Assembly (NCBI GenBank): GCA_045646465.1
Contig: JAZRKT010000048.1
Coordinates: 1-49,849 of the forward strand
Direction: 5' to 3'
DNA: 49,849 nt
Origin: Eubacteriales bacterium
GTDB lineage: Bacteria; Bacillota; Clostridia; Oscillospirales; CAG-382
Part shown: positions 10,545-20,081 of the stretch, piece after piece
How the letters are laid out: the number at the start of each line of letters is the position of its first letter
Numbering within the stretch: position 1 is the first letter of the stretch
Position numbers and translations under genes: made by a program
The notes under the pieces: model-generated
The model's input: the letters and a program-made list of their open reading frames with translations, nothing else
What the model was told of the DNA's origin: nothing
Database searches by the model: none

Positions 10545-11469
10545 AATAAGTACATTTATAAAACTGTTGAAAAATGACCGCAAAAGAATATATGGTGCAT
10601 TTATACTGAATTTATCAAAAACAAGTTTTTCACATTTGATTTCCGATAAGCATTTTTTGAAAATGCAGTATAAGGCTGCATTCGGCAAAAAATTGAATCT
10701 GAACAATCCTGCAACATATAACGAAAAGCTTCAATGGCTGAAGCTTTATGACAGAAACCCCAACTATACCAAAATGGTTGATAAGTATGAAGTCAAAGAA
10801 CATGTTGCAAATTTAATCGGAGAAGAATACATAATTCCAACAATTGGTGTGTGGGACAACTTTGACGACATTGATTTTGACAAACTCCCTGAAAAATTCG
10901 TACTGAAATGCACCCATGATTCAGGCGGAATTGCCATTTGTACCGACAAAAGCACATTTGATATTGAAGAAGCGAAAAAGCTACTTGTTCCCCGTCTGAA
11001 ATACAACATGTTCTGGCACGGAAGAGAATGGCCGTACAAGAATGTCAAGCCCCGTTTCATTGTGGAAGCCTACATGGAGGATTCAAACACCAAAGAATTA
11101 AGGGACTATAAGTATTTCTGTTTTAACGGCGAGCCGAAGGCGATATTTATTGCCGCCGACAGACAGAACAAGGAAAAGGAAACAACCTTTGACTTTTTCG
11201 ATATTGAAGGAAAACACATGGCGGTACGCAACGGTCACCCCAATGCGGAAAATCCCCCTGCTTTGCCCGGTAACTTTGAAAAGATGAAGGAATTGGCATC
11301 AAAGCTGTCAAAGGACATACCTCATGTAAGAGTTGACTTTTATGAGGTTGACGGAAAGATTTATTTCGGCGAGCTTACATTCTTCCATTACAGTGGAATG
11401 GTACCCTTTGAACCGGGAGAATGGGATTATACATTCGGAAGTTGGATAAGGCTTCCCGAAAAGAAGTAA
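10537..11469 (+). CDS. TupA-like ATP-grasp protein, copy 2
   Basis: NPATYNEKLQWLKLYDR, VDKYEVK, FVLKCTHDSG, DYKYFCFNG, HVRVDFY, FGELTFF. ATG at 10537 follows GGAGG. Confidence 0.92.
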   Translation: MSKISTFIKLLKNDRKRIYGAFILNLSKTSFSHLISDKHFLKMQYKAAFGKKLNLNNPATYNEKLQWLKLYDRNPNYTKMVDKYEVKEHVANLIGEEYIIPTIGVWDNFDDIDFDKLPEKFVLKCTHDSGGIAICTDKSTFDIEEAKKLLVPRLKYNMFWHGREWPYKNVKPRFIVEAYMEDSNTKELRDYKYFCFNGEPKAIFIAADRQNKEKETTFDFFDIEGKHMAVRNGHPNAENPPALPGNFEKMKELASKLSKDIPHVRVDFYEVDGKIYFGELTFFHYSGMVPFEPGEWDYTFGSWIRLPEKK

Positions 11470-11499
11470 TTTTTGTTTCAGTCAATAAAAGGACATGTT

Positions 11500-12951
11500 A
11501 TGGATAAGAATATAGATAAAAAAATCGGTAAAGCAACCGTGTGGTCATCTGTAACAGAAATACTATCACGTATCATTTCTCCTTTAGTGAATATGGTATT
11601 GGCGAGGATCTTGGCTCCTGAAGCTTTTGGTGTCGTAACTACCATAACAATGGTGATAAGCTTTGCAGAAGTTTTCTCGGATGCAGGTTTTCAAAAATAC
11701 ATCATACAGCATGAATTTGAAAATGAAGATGAACTGAATAAGAGCACAACAGTTGCTTTTTGGACAAACTTTATTCTGTCACTGATAATTTGTGGGATAA
11801 TTTTTGTTTTCAGACATCGGATTGCTGTTATTGTCGGAAGTCCCGGCCTTGGAAATTCAATAAGCATTGCTACAATTTCAATGATATGTGTTGCGTTTTC
11901 AAGTATACAGACAGCAAGGTTTCGTAGAAGCTTTGATTTCAAGTCATTGTTTTTTGTTAGAATAGGAACAGCAATAATTCCCGTTGTAGTAACTATTCCG
12001 TTGGCACTTTTACTCAGAAACTATTGGGCTTTGTTAATTGGAATTATTTCAAGCAATATGTTCAGTGCTGTTGCACTTACTATAAAATCTAAGTGGAAAC
12101 CAACATTTTTTTACAATTTTAAATTGTTTAGGAAAATGTTCTCATTTAGTGCGTGGACTCTTCTTGAGAGTATTTCTGTTTGGTTTACGTCATATGTTGA
12201 TATATTTGTTGTTGGTACGTTCCTTTCAAGTCATCAACTTGGATTGTATAAAACTACAATGACAACTGTTAATGCCTATATGGCGATTATTACTGCGGCA
12301 ATAACACCTGTGCTGTTCTCATCTCTGTCAAGATTTCAAAACGATGACGAAAAATTCAGCAAAACATATCTTTCTTTCCAACAAAGAACAGCGATTTTTG
12401 TTATTCCAATGGGGGTTGGAATGCTGCTTTACAGTAACCTTGTGGTGAAAATTCTTCTTGGAAATCAGTGGATGGAAATAAGTCGCTTTATGGGACTTTG
12501 GGGGTTAATGAGTGCTTTTAGTATTGTTCTTTCTCACTTTTCAAGCGAGGTATATCGTAGCAAAGGAAAACCGAATGTTTCTCTTGTGATGCAGATAATA
12601 CACCTGTTGTTTCTAATTCCCACTTTACTATTGAGCATTCCGTATGGATTCGAAGCGCTTTATACCGCGCGTTCTTTTATAAGACTTCAGATGGTTGTTT
12701 CGGCACTGATCATTATGCATCTTATGTTCAGAATAAAGGTAAATGACATTTTTCGTAATTTGTTTTCAATACTTTTATCAACAGCAGTTATGACAGTAGC
12801 AGGGCTATTCCTGAAGAAAATAAGTGATGGTAGCTTTATTCTCGATATTGTTTCTATATTTATTTGTATGATAGTTTACTTTTCAACACTTTTTGCAGTT
12901 TCTCGTCAATTTAGAAAAGAGATTATAACCAATAGATTTTTTAAAAAATAA
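11500..12951 (+). CDS. wzx: Wzx flippase (polysaccharide biosynthesis exporter)
   Basis: LARILAPEAFG, FSDAGF, 12-14 TM segments. ATG at 11500 follows AAGGA. Confidence 0.9.
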   Translation: MDKNIDKKIGKATVWSSVTEILSRIISPLVNMVLARILAPEAFGVVTTITMVISFAEVFSDAGFQKYIIQHEFENEDELNKSTTVAFWTNFILSLIICGIIFVFRHRIAVIVGSPGLGNSISIATISMICVAFSSIQTARFRRSFDFKSLFFVRIGTAIIPVVVTIPLALLLRNYWALLIGIISSNMFSAVALTIKSKWKPTFFYNFKLFRKMFSFSAWTLLESISVWFTSYVDIFVVGTFLSSHQLGLYKTTMTTVNAYMAIITAAITPVLFSSLSRFQNDDEKFSKTYLSFQQRTAIFVIPMGVGMLLYSNLVVKILLGNQWMEISRFMGLWGLMSAFSIVLSHFSSEVYRSKGKPNVSLVMQIIHLLFLIPTLLLSIPYGFEALYTARSFIRLQMVVSALIIMHLMFRIKVNDIFRNLFSILLSTAVMTVAGLFLKKISDGSFILDIVSIFICMIVYFSTLFAVSRQFRKEIITNRFFKK

Positions 12952-12978
12952 ACACTATGTTCCAAAGGAGTCAACAAA

Positions 12979-13890
12979 GTGGATGCACTATCATTAGACA
13001 GAAAGCAATTTGAATTGATTAACTGCAATTTTGTCAAAACTGTGCTTATGCTGTTGGTTGTTTTATATCATAGTTGCGTGTTTTGGACAGGAAGTTGGTT
13101 CAATATTTTAGCTCCGAGTGGAAATTCTGCTGTACTCGAATTGTTTTCTAAATGGCTGAACTCTTTTCACATATACGGCTTTGCTCTTGTTTCTGGCTAC
13201 ATATTTTATTACATAAAGTACGAAAAAGAAAAGTACAACGGATTATTACCTTTTTTAGTTAATAAAGCAAACGCCTGCTTGTTCCATATGTGTTTGTTTC
13301 GGTATATTGGGTCATTCCTATAGTAGCATTTTTCTATAGTTACGGTGTGAAAACCTATGTGTTGAATTATGTTTTGGCTGTTTCACCGTCACAATTGTGG
13401 TTTTTGTTTATGCTTTTTAGCTTGTTTGTAATGTTCTATCAAATAAGCAACATAGTTCATCGCCAATATGGGAGCAGCATTTTGCGAAAAAATACCGTCA
13501 TTTATATGGATTGTTATACATATTGTGCTGTTTTTACTCACAGAATACATAAAAGACTTTGAAGGCATTTTCTTTAAGCTTTTTGGGATGGGTCTTGAGT
13601 TTATTTTAAATATAGCTGGAGCTTTAATGGCTTTTGTAGTACTTCAGAGAATTGCCGAAGCTGTAAATTGGCAGAATTCAAAAGTTTTTGGATATTTGAG
13701 TAAGAATTCAATGCCGGTATATTTGTTTCATCAACAAATAATATATTTTGTCATCTACTATCTGAACGGTATAATAAATCCCCATTTACACGCCCTGCTG
13801 AATTTTGTTGTTTCATTGTCAGTATCTTTGCTTATTTCTTGTGTTTTTATGAAGTTTAGAGTTACAAGATTTTTAATTGGCGAAAAATAA
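12979..13890 (+). pseudogene. Acyltransferase-3 (OafA-like) O-acyltransferase split over three frames
   Basis: ORFs 12979-13323, 13290-13562 and 13468-13890 carry successive family motifs (LVVLYH, FALVSGY, QLWFL, NSMPVYLFHQ). Adding one A at ~13270 restores KRLLVPY. Confidence 0.8.
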
Positions 13891-13904
13891 AAAGGAGAAT
13901 ACAG

Positions 13905-15077
13905 ATGTCGGTAAAAGAAACCTTCGAATCCATCTACCACCGTCCCCCAATAAATGTCGCCTTCACGCCCTACCGCATATGTCCCTTGGGTGCCCACAGC
14001 GACCATAACTTAGGTAAAATCACAGGCTTTGCCATAGATAAAGGCATCCATATAGCCTACGGTCCAAAACAGAACGGAGTAGTTGAAATACAGTCGGTGC
14101 AGTTTGAGGGCAGAGCACAGTGGCATGTAAATGCAGTTTCCGAGCAGAAGTGCGGCGATTGGGCAGACCATTTGAGAGGCGCAACAATTGCACTGGGTAA
14201 AAGATATCCTCTGAGAACCGGACTTTGTGCTGTTGTTGACGGAGAACTTCCTGTTGGCGGACTTTCCTCCTCGGCGGCAGTTATCATAACCTTTGTAAAT
14301 GCACTTTGTAATATGAATAATATTACCCTTACCGAACGTGAGCTTATCACAATTTCCAAGGAAGCCGAGAATAAGTACGTGGGTGTTGCCTGCGGAAAGC
14401 TGGACCAGTCCTGCGAGATTTATTGCAGAAAGAATCATCTTCTGTATATGGATATGCTTGATGATAGCTATGAGCTTATCCCGCAGAATGAAAATATGAA
14501 GCCCTATAAAATTGCAATTTTCTTTTCGGGCCTTGAAAGAAGTCTTGCAGGCTCAGCTTTCAATATGAGAGTTGATGAGTGCAGAAGTGCAGCGTATGCT
14601 CTCAAGGCTTTTGCAGGTATGGAATACGGTAAGTTTGAAGAAACAAATCTTCGTGATGTTCCGAGAGAAGTGTATGATAAGTATAAGGAAAAACTTCCCG
14701 AGAACTGGAGAAAGCGTGCAGAGCACTGGTATACCGAGTTTGAAAGAGTTGAAAAGGGTGCCGAGGCTTGGAGAAACGGAGATATTGCTGAGTTTGGCAA
14801 GCTTAGCTCTCAAAGCGGTTATTCTTCAATTTATAACTGGGAAACAGGCTCTCCCGAGCTTAAAAAGCTGTACGAAATAATGATGCATACCGACGGAATA
14901 TACGGCGGACGTTTTTCGGGTGCAGGCTTTAAGGGATGCTGTATGGCACTTATTGACCCGAATTTTGAAGACAGCATTAAAAAGAAGGTACAAAGCGAGT
15001 ATCTGAGAGAATTCCCGAATCTTGCAGAAAAGTATTCTGCTCATATCTGTGAAACAGCGGATGGTGTAAAATTATGA
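13905..15077 (+). CDS. GHMP-family sugar 1-kinase, galacturonokinase-like
   Basis: GHMP motifs GGLSSSAA, CGKLDQ and GGRFSGAGFKGC. N-terminal PYRICPLGAHSDH instead of the GalK PGRVNLIGEHTDY. Confidence 0.85.
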   Translation: MSVKETFESIYHRPPINVAFTPYRICPLGAHSDHNLGKITGFAIDKGIHIAYGPKQNGVVEIQSVQFEGRAQWHVNAVSEQKCGDWADHLRGATIALGKRYPLRTGLCAVVDGELPVGGLSSSAAVIITFVNALCNMNNITLTERELITISKEAENKYVGVACGKLDQSCEIYCRKNHLLYMDMLDDSYELIPQNENMKPYKIAIFFSGLERSLAGSAFNMRVDECRSAAYALKAFAGMEYGKFEETNLRDVPREVYDKYKEKLPENWRKRAEHWYTEFERVEKGAEAWRNGDIAEFGKLSSQSGYSSIYNWETGSPELKKLYEIMMHTDGIYGGRFSGAGFKGCCMALIDPNFEDSIKKKVQSEYLREFPNLAEKYSAHICETADGVKL

Positions 15078-15808
15078 AATGTTTGATTCTTGCGGCAGGC
15101 TATGCCACACGACTTTATCCTTTGACGGAAAATTTCCCAAAGCCTTTGTTAGAAATTGGTAATAAAACAATTCTTGACTGGCTTGTTGATGACATTGATA
15201 CTCTCGGCGTTGTTGATGAATATGTTGTAATCACAAATCATAAATTTGCCCATCACTTTGAAAGTTGGTCAAAGACAAAGAAGCAGAAAATGACGGTTGT
15301 TGATGACGGTACAAGCAGTAATGAAACACGCCTGGGTGCTGTCAAGGACATTCAGTTTGCAATGGAAAAGCTTGGTATAGATGACGATGTTCTTGTAATC
15401 GCAGGAGATAACGTGCTTGACTTCAGCCTTACAAGGTTTGTGTCTTATGCACTTGATAAAAAGGCTAGCTGTATCATGCGTTACTATGAAAAGGACGACA
15501 AACGTCTTACCAAGTGCGGTGTGTGTGAAATAGACGAAACAGATAAAATACTGTCTATGGAGGAAAAACCGCAGACTCCTAAGAGCAATTGGTGCTGTCC
15601 TCCCTTTTACTACTTTACAAAAGGGGATGTAGAGCTTGTTGGAAAGGGGATAAATGAAGGCTGCGGAACAGATGCTCCCGGCTCGTATATTGCGTGGCTT
15701 TGTAAACAGACAACTGTATTTGCTATGGAAATGCCGGGATCAAGATATGATATCGGCAATCTTGAAAGCTATGAAAAGGTAAAAAAGGAGTATAAGGGTA
15801 TATGCTGA
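15074..15808 (+). CDS. Sugar-1-phosphate nucleotidyltransferase (NTP_transferase)
   Basis: LILAAGYATRLYPLT..PKPLL, IAGDN, EEKP, YDIG. Overlaps the kinase stop (coupled). Confidence 0.9.
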   Translation: MKCLILAAGYATRLYPLTENFPKPLLEIGNKTILDWLVDDIDTLGVVDEYVVITNHKFAHHFESWSKTKKQKMTVVDDGTSSNETRLGAVKDIQFAMEKLGIDDDVLVIAGDNVLDFSLTRFVSYALDKKASCIMRYYEKDDKRLTKCGVCEIDETDKILSMEEKPQTPKSNWCCPPFYYFTKGDVELVGKGINEGCGTDAPGSYIAWLCKQTTVFAMEMPGSRYDIGNLESYEKVKKEYKGIC

Positions 15809-16881
15809 CACCTAATGTCAACCTTGAAAATAAAACCGTACTTGTTACGGGTGCTTGCGGATTTATCGGAGCAAACCTTGTGACAAAGCTGTTTGAAACA
15901 TATAAGAATATCACCGTTGTTGGCATCGACAGTATGAATGACTACTACGATGTTTCAATTAAGGAGTATAGACTTGAAGAAATAAAAAGGCTTTCATACT
16001 CCAAAGATGGAGCAAACTGGATTTTTGTAAAGGGAAATATTGCAGATAAAGAGCTTTTGACAAGCCTTTTTGAAAAATATTCCTTTACCGTTGTTGTAAA
16101 CCTTGCGGCACAGGCAGGTGTCAGGTATTCCATTACAAACCCCGATGTGTATATTGAAAGCAACATTATCGGCTTTTACAATATACTTGAGGCCTGTAGA
16201 AAGTATCCTGTTGAGCACCTTGTTTATGCAAGCTCCTCAAGCGTGTACGGCTCAAATAAGAAGGTGCCATATTCCACAGACGATAAGGTTGACAATCCCG
16301 TTTCTCTTTATGCTGCAACAAAAAAGAGTAATGAGCTTATGGCACATGCTTACTCAAAGCTGTATAATATTCCTTCAACAGGACTTCGTTTCTTTACGGT
16401 TTATGGTCCGGCAGGAAGACCTGATATGGCATACTTCGGCTTTACAAATAAGCTGATAAAGGGACAGACAATTGAAATATTCAACTACGGTAATTGCAAG
16501 AGAGATTTTACTTACGTTGACGATATAGTTACGGGCGTTATGCACGTAATGGAAAATGCACCCGATAAGAAGGATGGGGAGGACGGACTTCCGCTTCCTC
16601 CTTACAGAGTGTATAACATAGGCAATTCAAACCCCGAAAATCTTCTTGACTTTGTTACGATACTTCAGGAGGAGCTTATACGTGCAAAGGTTCTGCCGGA
16701 GGATTATGATTTTGAAGCACATAAAAAGCTTGTACCTATGCAGGCAGGAGATGTTCCCGTGACCTTTGCGGAGACAAGTGCACTTGAAGAAGACTTCGGA
16801 TTTAAGCCTTCCACAACACTCAGACAGGGACTCAGATACTTTGCCGAGTGGTACTATGATTTTTATATCAAGGAGAAATAG
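15802..16881 (+). CDS. UDP-glucuronate 4-epimerase (extended SDR, CapI/LpsL-like)
   Basis: TGACGFIG, NDYYDV, NLAAQAGVRYS, YASSSSVYG, SLYAATKKSNE, LRFFTVYGPAGRPDMA. Confidence 0.92.
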   Translation: MLTPNVNLENKTVLVTGACGFIGANLVTKLFETYKNITVVGIDSMNDYYDVSIKEYRLEEIKRLSYSKDGANWIFVKGNIADKELLTSLFEKYSFTVVVNLAAQAGVRYSITNPDVYIESNIIGFYNILEACRKYPVEHLVYASSSSVYGSNKKVPYSTDDKVDNPVSLYAATKKSNELMAHAYSKLYNIPSTGLRFFTVYGPAGRPDMAYFGFTNKLIKGQTIEIFNYGNCKRDFTYVDDIVTGVMHVMENAPDKKDGEDGLPLPPYRVYNIGNSNPENLLDFVTILQEELIRAKVLPEDYDFEAHKKLVPMQAGDVPVTFAETSALEEDFGFKPSTTLRQGLRYFAEWYYDFYIKEK

Positions 16882-16890
16882 TTTTCCCAA

Positions 16891-18054
16891 ATGACTAAGA
16901 ATGAGCTTCTGTTCTCGCTGATTTCCACGGAAATAGCAATGGACAGAACAGTAAAATTCGACAAAAAGCCAGACGAAGAAACGCTGAAAAAGCTGTATAA
17001 AACAGCAAAGGCGCATGACGTTGCTCATATTGTTTGCGAAGCCCTTGAAAAAGAGGGCTTTCTTAATGACGGTGAAACAAGTGGGAAGTTCCGCAAAAGA
17101 AAGCTTGTAGCTGTATACCGTACAGAGCAGATTGTGTTTGACTTAAATAACGTCTGCACCTGTCTTGAAGAAAACGGCGTTGACTTTATCCCCCTTAAAG
17201 GCTCGGTAATACGTAACCTGTACCCCGAAAAGTGGATGAGAACAAGCTGTGATATTGACATTCTTGTAAAAAAAGACGAGTGCGACAGAGCAACGGAGCT
17301 TCTTTGCGAAAAGCTGAAGTTTACCGTGGAAAGCGGCAAGACTCTTCACGACATTCAGCTTATGTCACCTACGGGTGTGCTGCTTGAGCTTCACTATACG
17401 CTTATGGAGAAAGACTGTCTGCCAAAGACGGCACAGTGCTTGGAAAACGTGTGGCAGGACGCAGTTCTTTGCGATGGATTTAGGCATAAGTATAAGATGT
17501 CAGATGAAATGTTTATGCTGTATAATGTTGCACATATGGCAAAACACGTAGTCCGTGGCGGATGCGGAATAAAGAGCTTTGTGGATTTGTACATACTTGA
17601 AAATAAGCTGAGCTTTGACACAGAAAAGCTGAGTGAGCTTTTGGATAAAGCAGTTATGTCGTCTTTTTACGAGGGTGCAAAAAAGCTGTGCCGTGTGTGG
17701 TTTGATAACGAAGAACACGATGAAACAAGCATTGAACTTGAAAGGTTTGTCCTTGACGGCGGAGTGTACGGAACAGCTACCAATGGTGCGGCAATAAGTG
17801 CAGGCAAGGGGCAAAGTAAAACTAAAAGCTTTCTTGAAAACGCCATTCTTTCCTATGATGCACTTTGTGTTGTGTATCCAAACCTCAAAGCACATAAGTG
17901 GAAGTATCCGTTTTATCAGATTAAGCGTTGGTTCAGAATATTTAATAAGGATAAACGGAAAAAAATCTCTGACCTTACCAATATACGTAATAAGGTGCCG
18001 GAGGAAAAGCAAAAGAAGGCTGAAAAGCTCCTTGACAGTCTGGGACTGGAATAA
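16891..18054 (+). CDS. Uncharacterised nucleotidyltransferase (NTP_transf_5/PF14907-like), copy 1
   Basis: IPLKGSVIRNLYP..WMRTSCDIDILV, LELH, HMAKH..GGCGIKSFVD. Confidence 0.85.
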   Translation: MTKNELLFSLISTEIAMDRTVKFDKKPDEETLKKLYKTAKAHDVAHIVCEALEKEGFLNDGETSGKFRKRKLVAVYRTEQIVFDLNNVCTCLEENGVDFIPLKGSVIRNLYPEKWMRTSCDIDILVKKDECDRATELLCEKLKFTVESGKTLHDIQLMSPTGVLLELHYTLMEKDCLPKTAQCLENVWQDAVLCDGFRHKYKMSDEMFMLYNVAHMAKHVVRGGCGIKSFVDLYILENKLSFDTEKLSELLDKAVMSSFYEGAKKLCRVWFDNEEHDETSIELERFVLDGGVYGTATNGAAISAGKGQSKTKSFLENAILSYDALCVVYPNLKAHKWKYPFYQIKRWFRIFNKDKRKKISDLTNIRNKVPEEKQKKAEKLLDSLGLE

Positions 18055-18079
18055 TAAAGAGAAAGCGAGGTGTGCATAA

Positions 18080-19243
18080 ATGCGGCTTGATGAAATAATG
18101 ATTTCGCTTTTAGCAAGGGAAGTTCTCCATAAAGAAGTCAACGATGCAGCCATAAAGAGAATCCTCACTGAAAATAGCAAGGCTGTGGAATTGCTTTACG
18201 AGCTGTCAAAAATGCACGACCTTTCTCATATCGTCTGCCTTGCGCTGAAAAATATCGGCGTGTGGGGAAAGGACGGAATATTTGCAAAATTCCAAAGACA
18301 GTTAAATCTTGCAGTTTACAGGTATGAACAGCTTGAATATGAGCTTGGAAGAGTAAGTAGTGCACTAGAGAGTGCAAAAATTCCGTATATGCCACTTAAA
18401 GGTGCGGTAATCCGCAGTTTTTATCCCGAAGGCTGGATGAGAACAAGCAGTGATATAGATATACTAGTTGAGGAAAAGAACAAAAAAACAGCCCAGGAGA
18501 TTTTATCAGCAATTGAAGGATATACACTGAAAGGAACATACCAAACCGAAACCACCTTTCATACAGACAAAGGTATGTGCATAGAGCTTCATCACATGAA
18601 CTCAAAGAGCAAAACACAGGAAATACCTCACGACGTCTGGACGAAGGTTGTTTCAAAAGATGGAATATACCGCAAGGCAATGAGTGGTGAAATGCTTTAT
18701 TGTCATGTTGTGGCACACTTGACAAAACACATTACAAACAATGGCTGCGGTCTGAAGCCTTTTCTTGATATGTACATACTGGAAAGGAAATTGAGTCTTG
18801 ATGCTGTTGTTTTGGAAAAAGCGTTTGAAAAGCAGGGACTTCTGAAAGCTTATAAAGCACTTCGGTCGGCTATGCTTGTATGGTTTGAAGGTAAGGACGG
18901 CGATAAGCTTACCGAAATAATACAAAGGCACGTAATGCTTTCAGGCTCCTACGGAAACACAAATACAGGCGACAGAATGCGGCACCGCAACAAAGGCGGG
19001 AAAATCCGATACATATTGTCACTGTTTTTACCCGACAGAGCCGAGATGCAACGGCGTTATCCCATACTTAAAGAGCATCCCAAAAGGCTTCCGATTTACC
19101 ACTTCAAACGCTGGGGACACCTTATTTTTCATGGCAGAATCAAAAGCTCTGCCGAGATTATCGGAAAACATATGGCGGTGCCCGACGAAGAAGTAAAAAA
19201 GCTTGAGTTTATGATAAAGAAAATGGGACTAGATAAAAAATAA
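18080..19243 (+). CDS. Uncharacterised nucleotidyltransferase (NTP_transf_5/PF14907-like), copy 2
   Basis: MPLKGAVIRSFYP..WMRTSSDIDILV, IELH, HLTKH..NGCGLKPFLD. Same length (387 aa) as copy 1. Confidence 0.85.
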   Translation: MRLDEIMISLLAREVLHKEVNDAAIKRILTENSKAVELLYELSKMHDLSHIVCLALKNIGVWGKDGIFAKFQRQLNLAVYRYEQLEYELGRVSSALESAKIPYMPLKGAVIRSFYPEGWMRTSSDIDILVEEKNKKTAQEILSAIEGYTLKGTYQTETTFHTDKGMCIELHHMNSKSKTQEIPHDVWTKVVSKDGIYRKAMSGEMLYCHVVAHLTKHITNNGCGLKPFLDMYILERKLSLDAVVLEKAFEKQGLLKAYKALRSAMLVWFEGKDGDKLTEIIQRHVMLSGSYGNTNTGDRMRHRNKGGKIRYILSLFLPDRAEMQRRYPILKEHPKRLPIYHFKRWGHLIFHGRIKSSAEIIGKHMAVPDEEVKKLEFMIKKMGLDKK

Positions 19244-19272
19244 AGCTTATAGGGCTGAGAGAAATATTAAGG

Positions 19273-19323
19273 GAGCTGTATCAAAACGATGATATCAATC
19301 GTGTTGACTACAGCTCTGATTTT
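19273..19323 (+). terminator. Stem-loop ending the polysaccharide locus
   Basis: GAGCTGTATCAAAACGAT...ATCGTGTTGACTACAGCTC imperfect inverted repeat followed by TGATTTT. Confidence 0.55.
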
Positions 19324-19529
19324 ATGCGCAAAAAATCTAAAAGCACAAAATTACTCCAAAAGAGTGCAAAGGTAAAGAGTGTACCGTCATTGCGAAAAAA
19401 CGCTTAGCTTTGAACGGATATCATATTTCTAAATCACCCATACATTTTCTCTGAATTTACAAGCATCACTTTAACAATTTTGGGATTGTAAAGTACCGTC
19501 TGCAATAGCTGAAATTACCGAATTCTCGC

Positions 19530-19558
19530 TTGTATTGTTAATAAATTTATGGTATACT
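19530..19558 (+). promoter_or_regulatory. Sigma-A promoter for elaA-pepD
   Basis: TTGTAT-N17-TATACT with extended -10 TGn. Confidence 0.55.
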
Positions 19559-19592
19559 GAAACGTACATTGAAGAAGGGTCAAAGTGAGGAT

Positions 19593-20081
19593 ATGATTTT
19601 TAATGCGAAAACCTTTGATGAGTTGATAAATTCCGAGCTATATGAAATAATAAGGTCAAGGGCAAAAGTATTTCTCCTTGAACAGAAGATAATGTGCCTT
19701 GATGCTGATGGTGTGGACTATGACAGCCTTCACTGCTTTGTTACTGACGGTAACGAGGTGACAGCATATCTTCGTGCCTTTAGCGTGGGTGACGATACAG
19801 TAAGTGTGGGACGTGTGCTGACACTTCATCACGGCAGAGGCGACGGAAAACAGCTTATGGAAAAAAGTATAAAAGCTATAAAAAAACACTTTAACTGCAA
19901 AAAAATCACACTTCACGCCCAGAAGCATGTACAAGGCTTTTATAAAAAGCTTGGCTTTAAAACTGTCTCGGATGAGTTTATGGAAGAGGGCGTGGTTCAC
20001 GTCATAATGGAAATTGAAATTAAGGGAAAGGAAGAAAATAATGAAAATTCTAGAGGGCTTGAAGCCACAAAAAGTGTTTGA
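19593..20081 (+). CDS. elaA: GNAT N-acetyltransferase, ElaA family
   Basis: ELYEIIRSRAKVFLLEQ, DADGVD, VGRV, LHAQ, FYKKLGF, EEGVVH. ATG at 19593 follows GAGG. Confidence 0.8.
   Translation: MIFNAKTFDELINSELYEIIRSRAKVFLLEQKIMCLDADGVDYDSLHCFVTDGNEVTAYLRAFSVGDDTVSVGRVLTLHHGRGDGKQLMEKSIKAIKKHFNCKKITLHAQKHVQGFYKKLGFKTVSDEFMEEGVVHVIMEIEIKGKEENNENSRGLEATKSV

Noticed and set aside
13905-15077. Ordinary galK of the Leloir pathway
   Set aside because: It lacks the GEHTDY galactose-binding motif. No galT, galM or galE is adjacent, and the neighbouring epimerase is of the UDP-GlcA type.
19320-19525. Long intergenic region after the polysaccharide locus (possible sRNA, IS scar or relic)
   Set aside because: I found no recognisable translation, terminal inverted repeats or RNA motif by eye.
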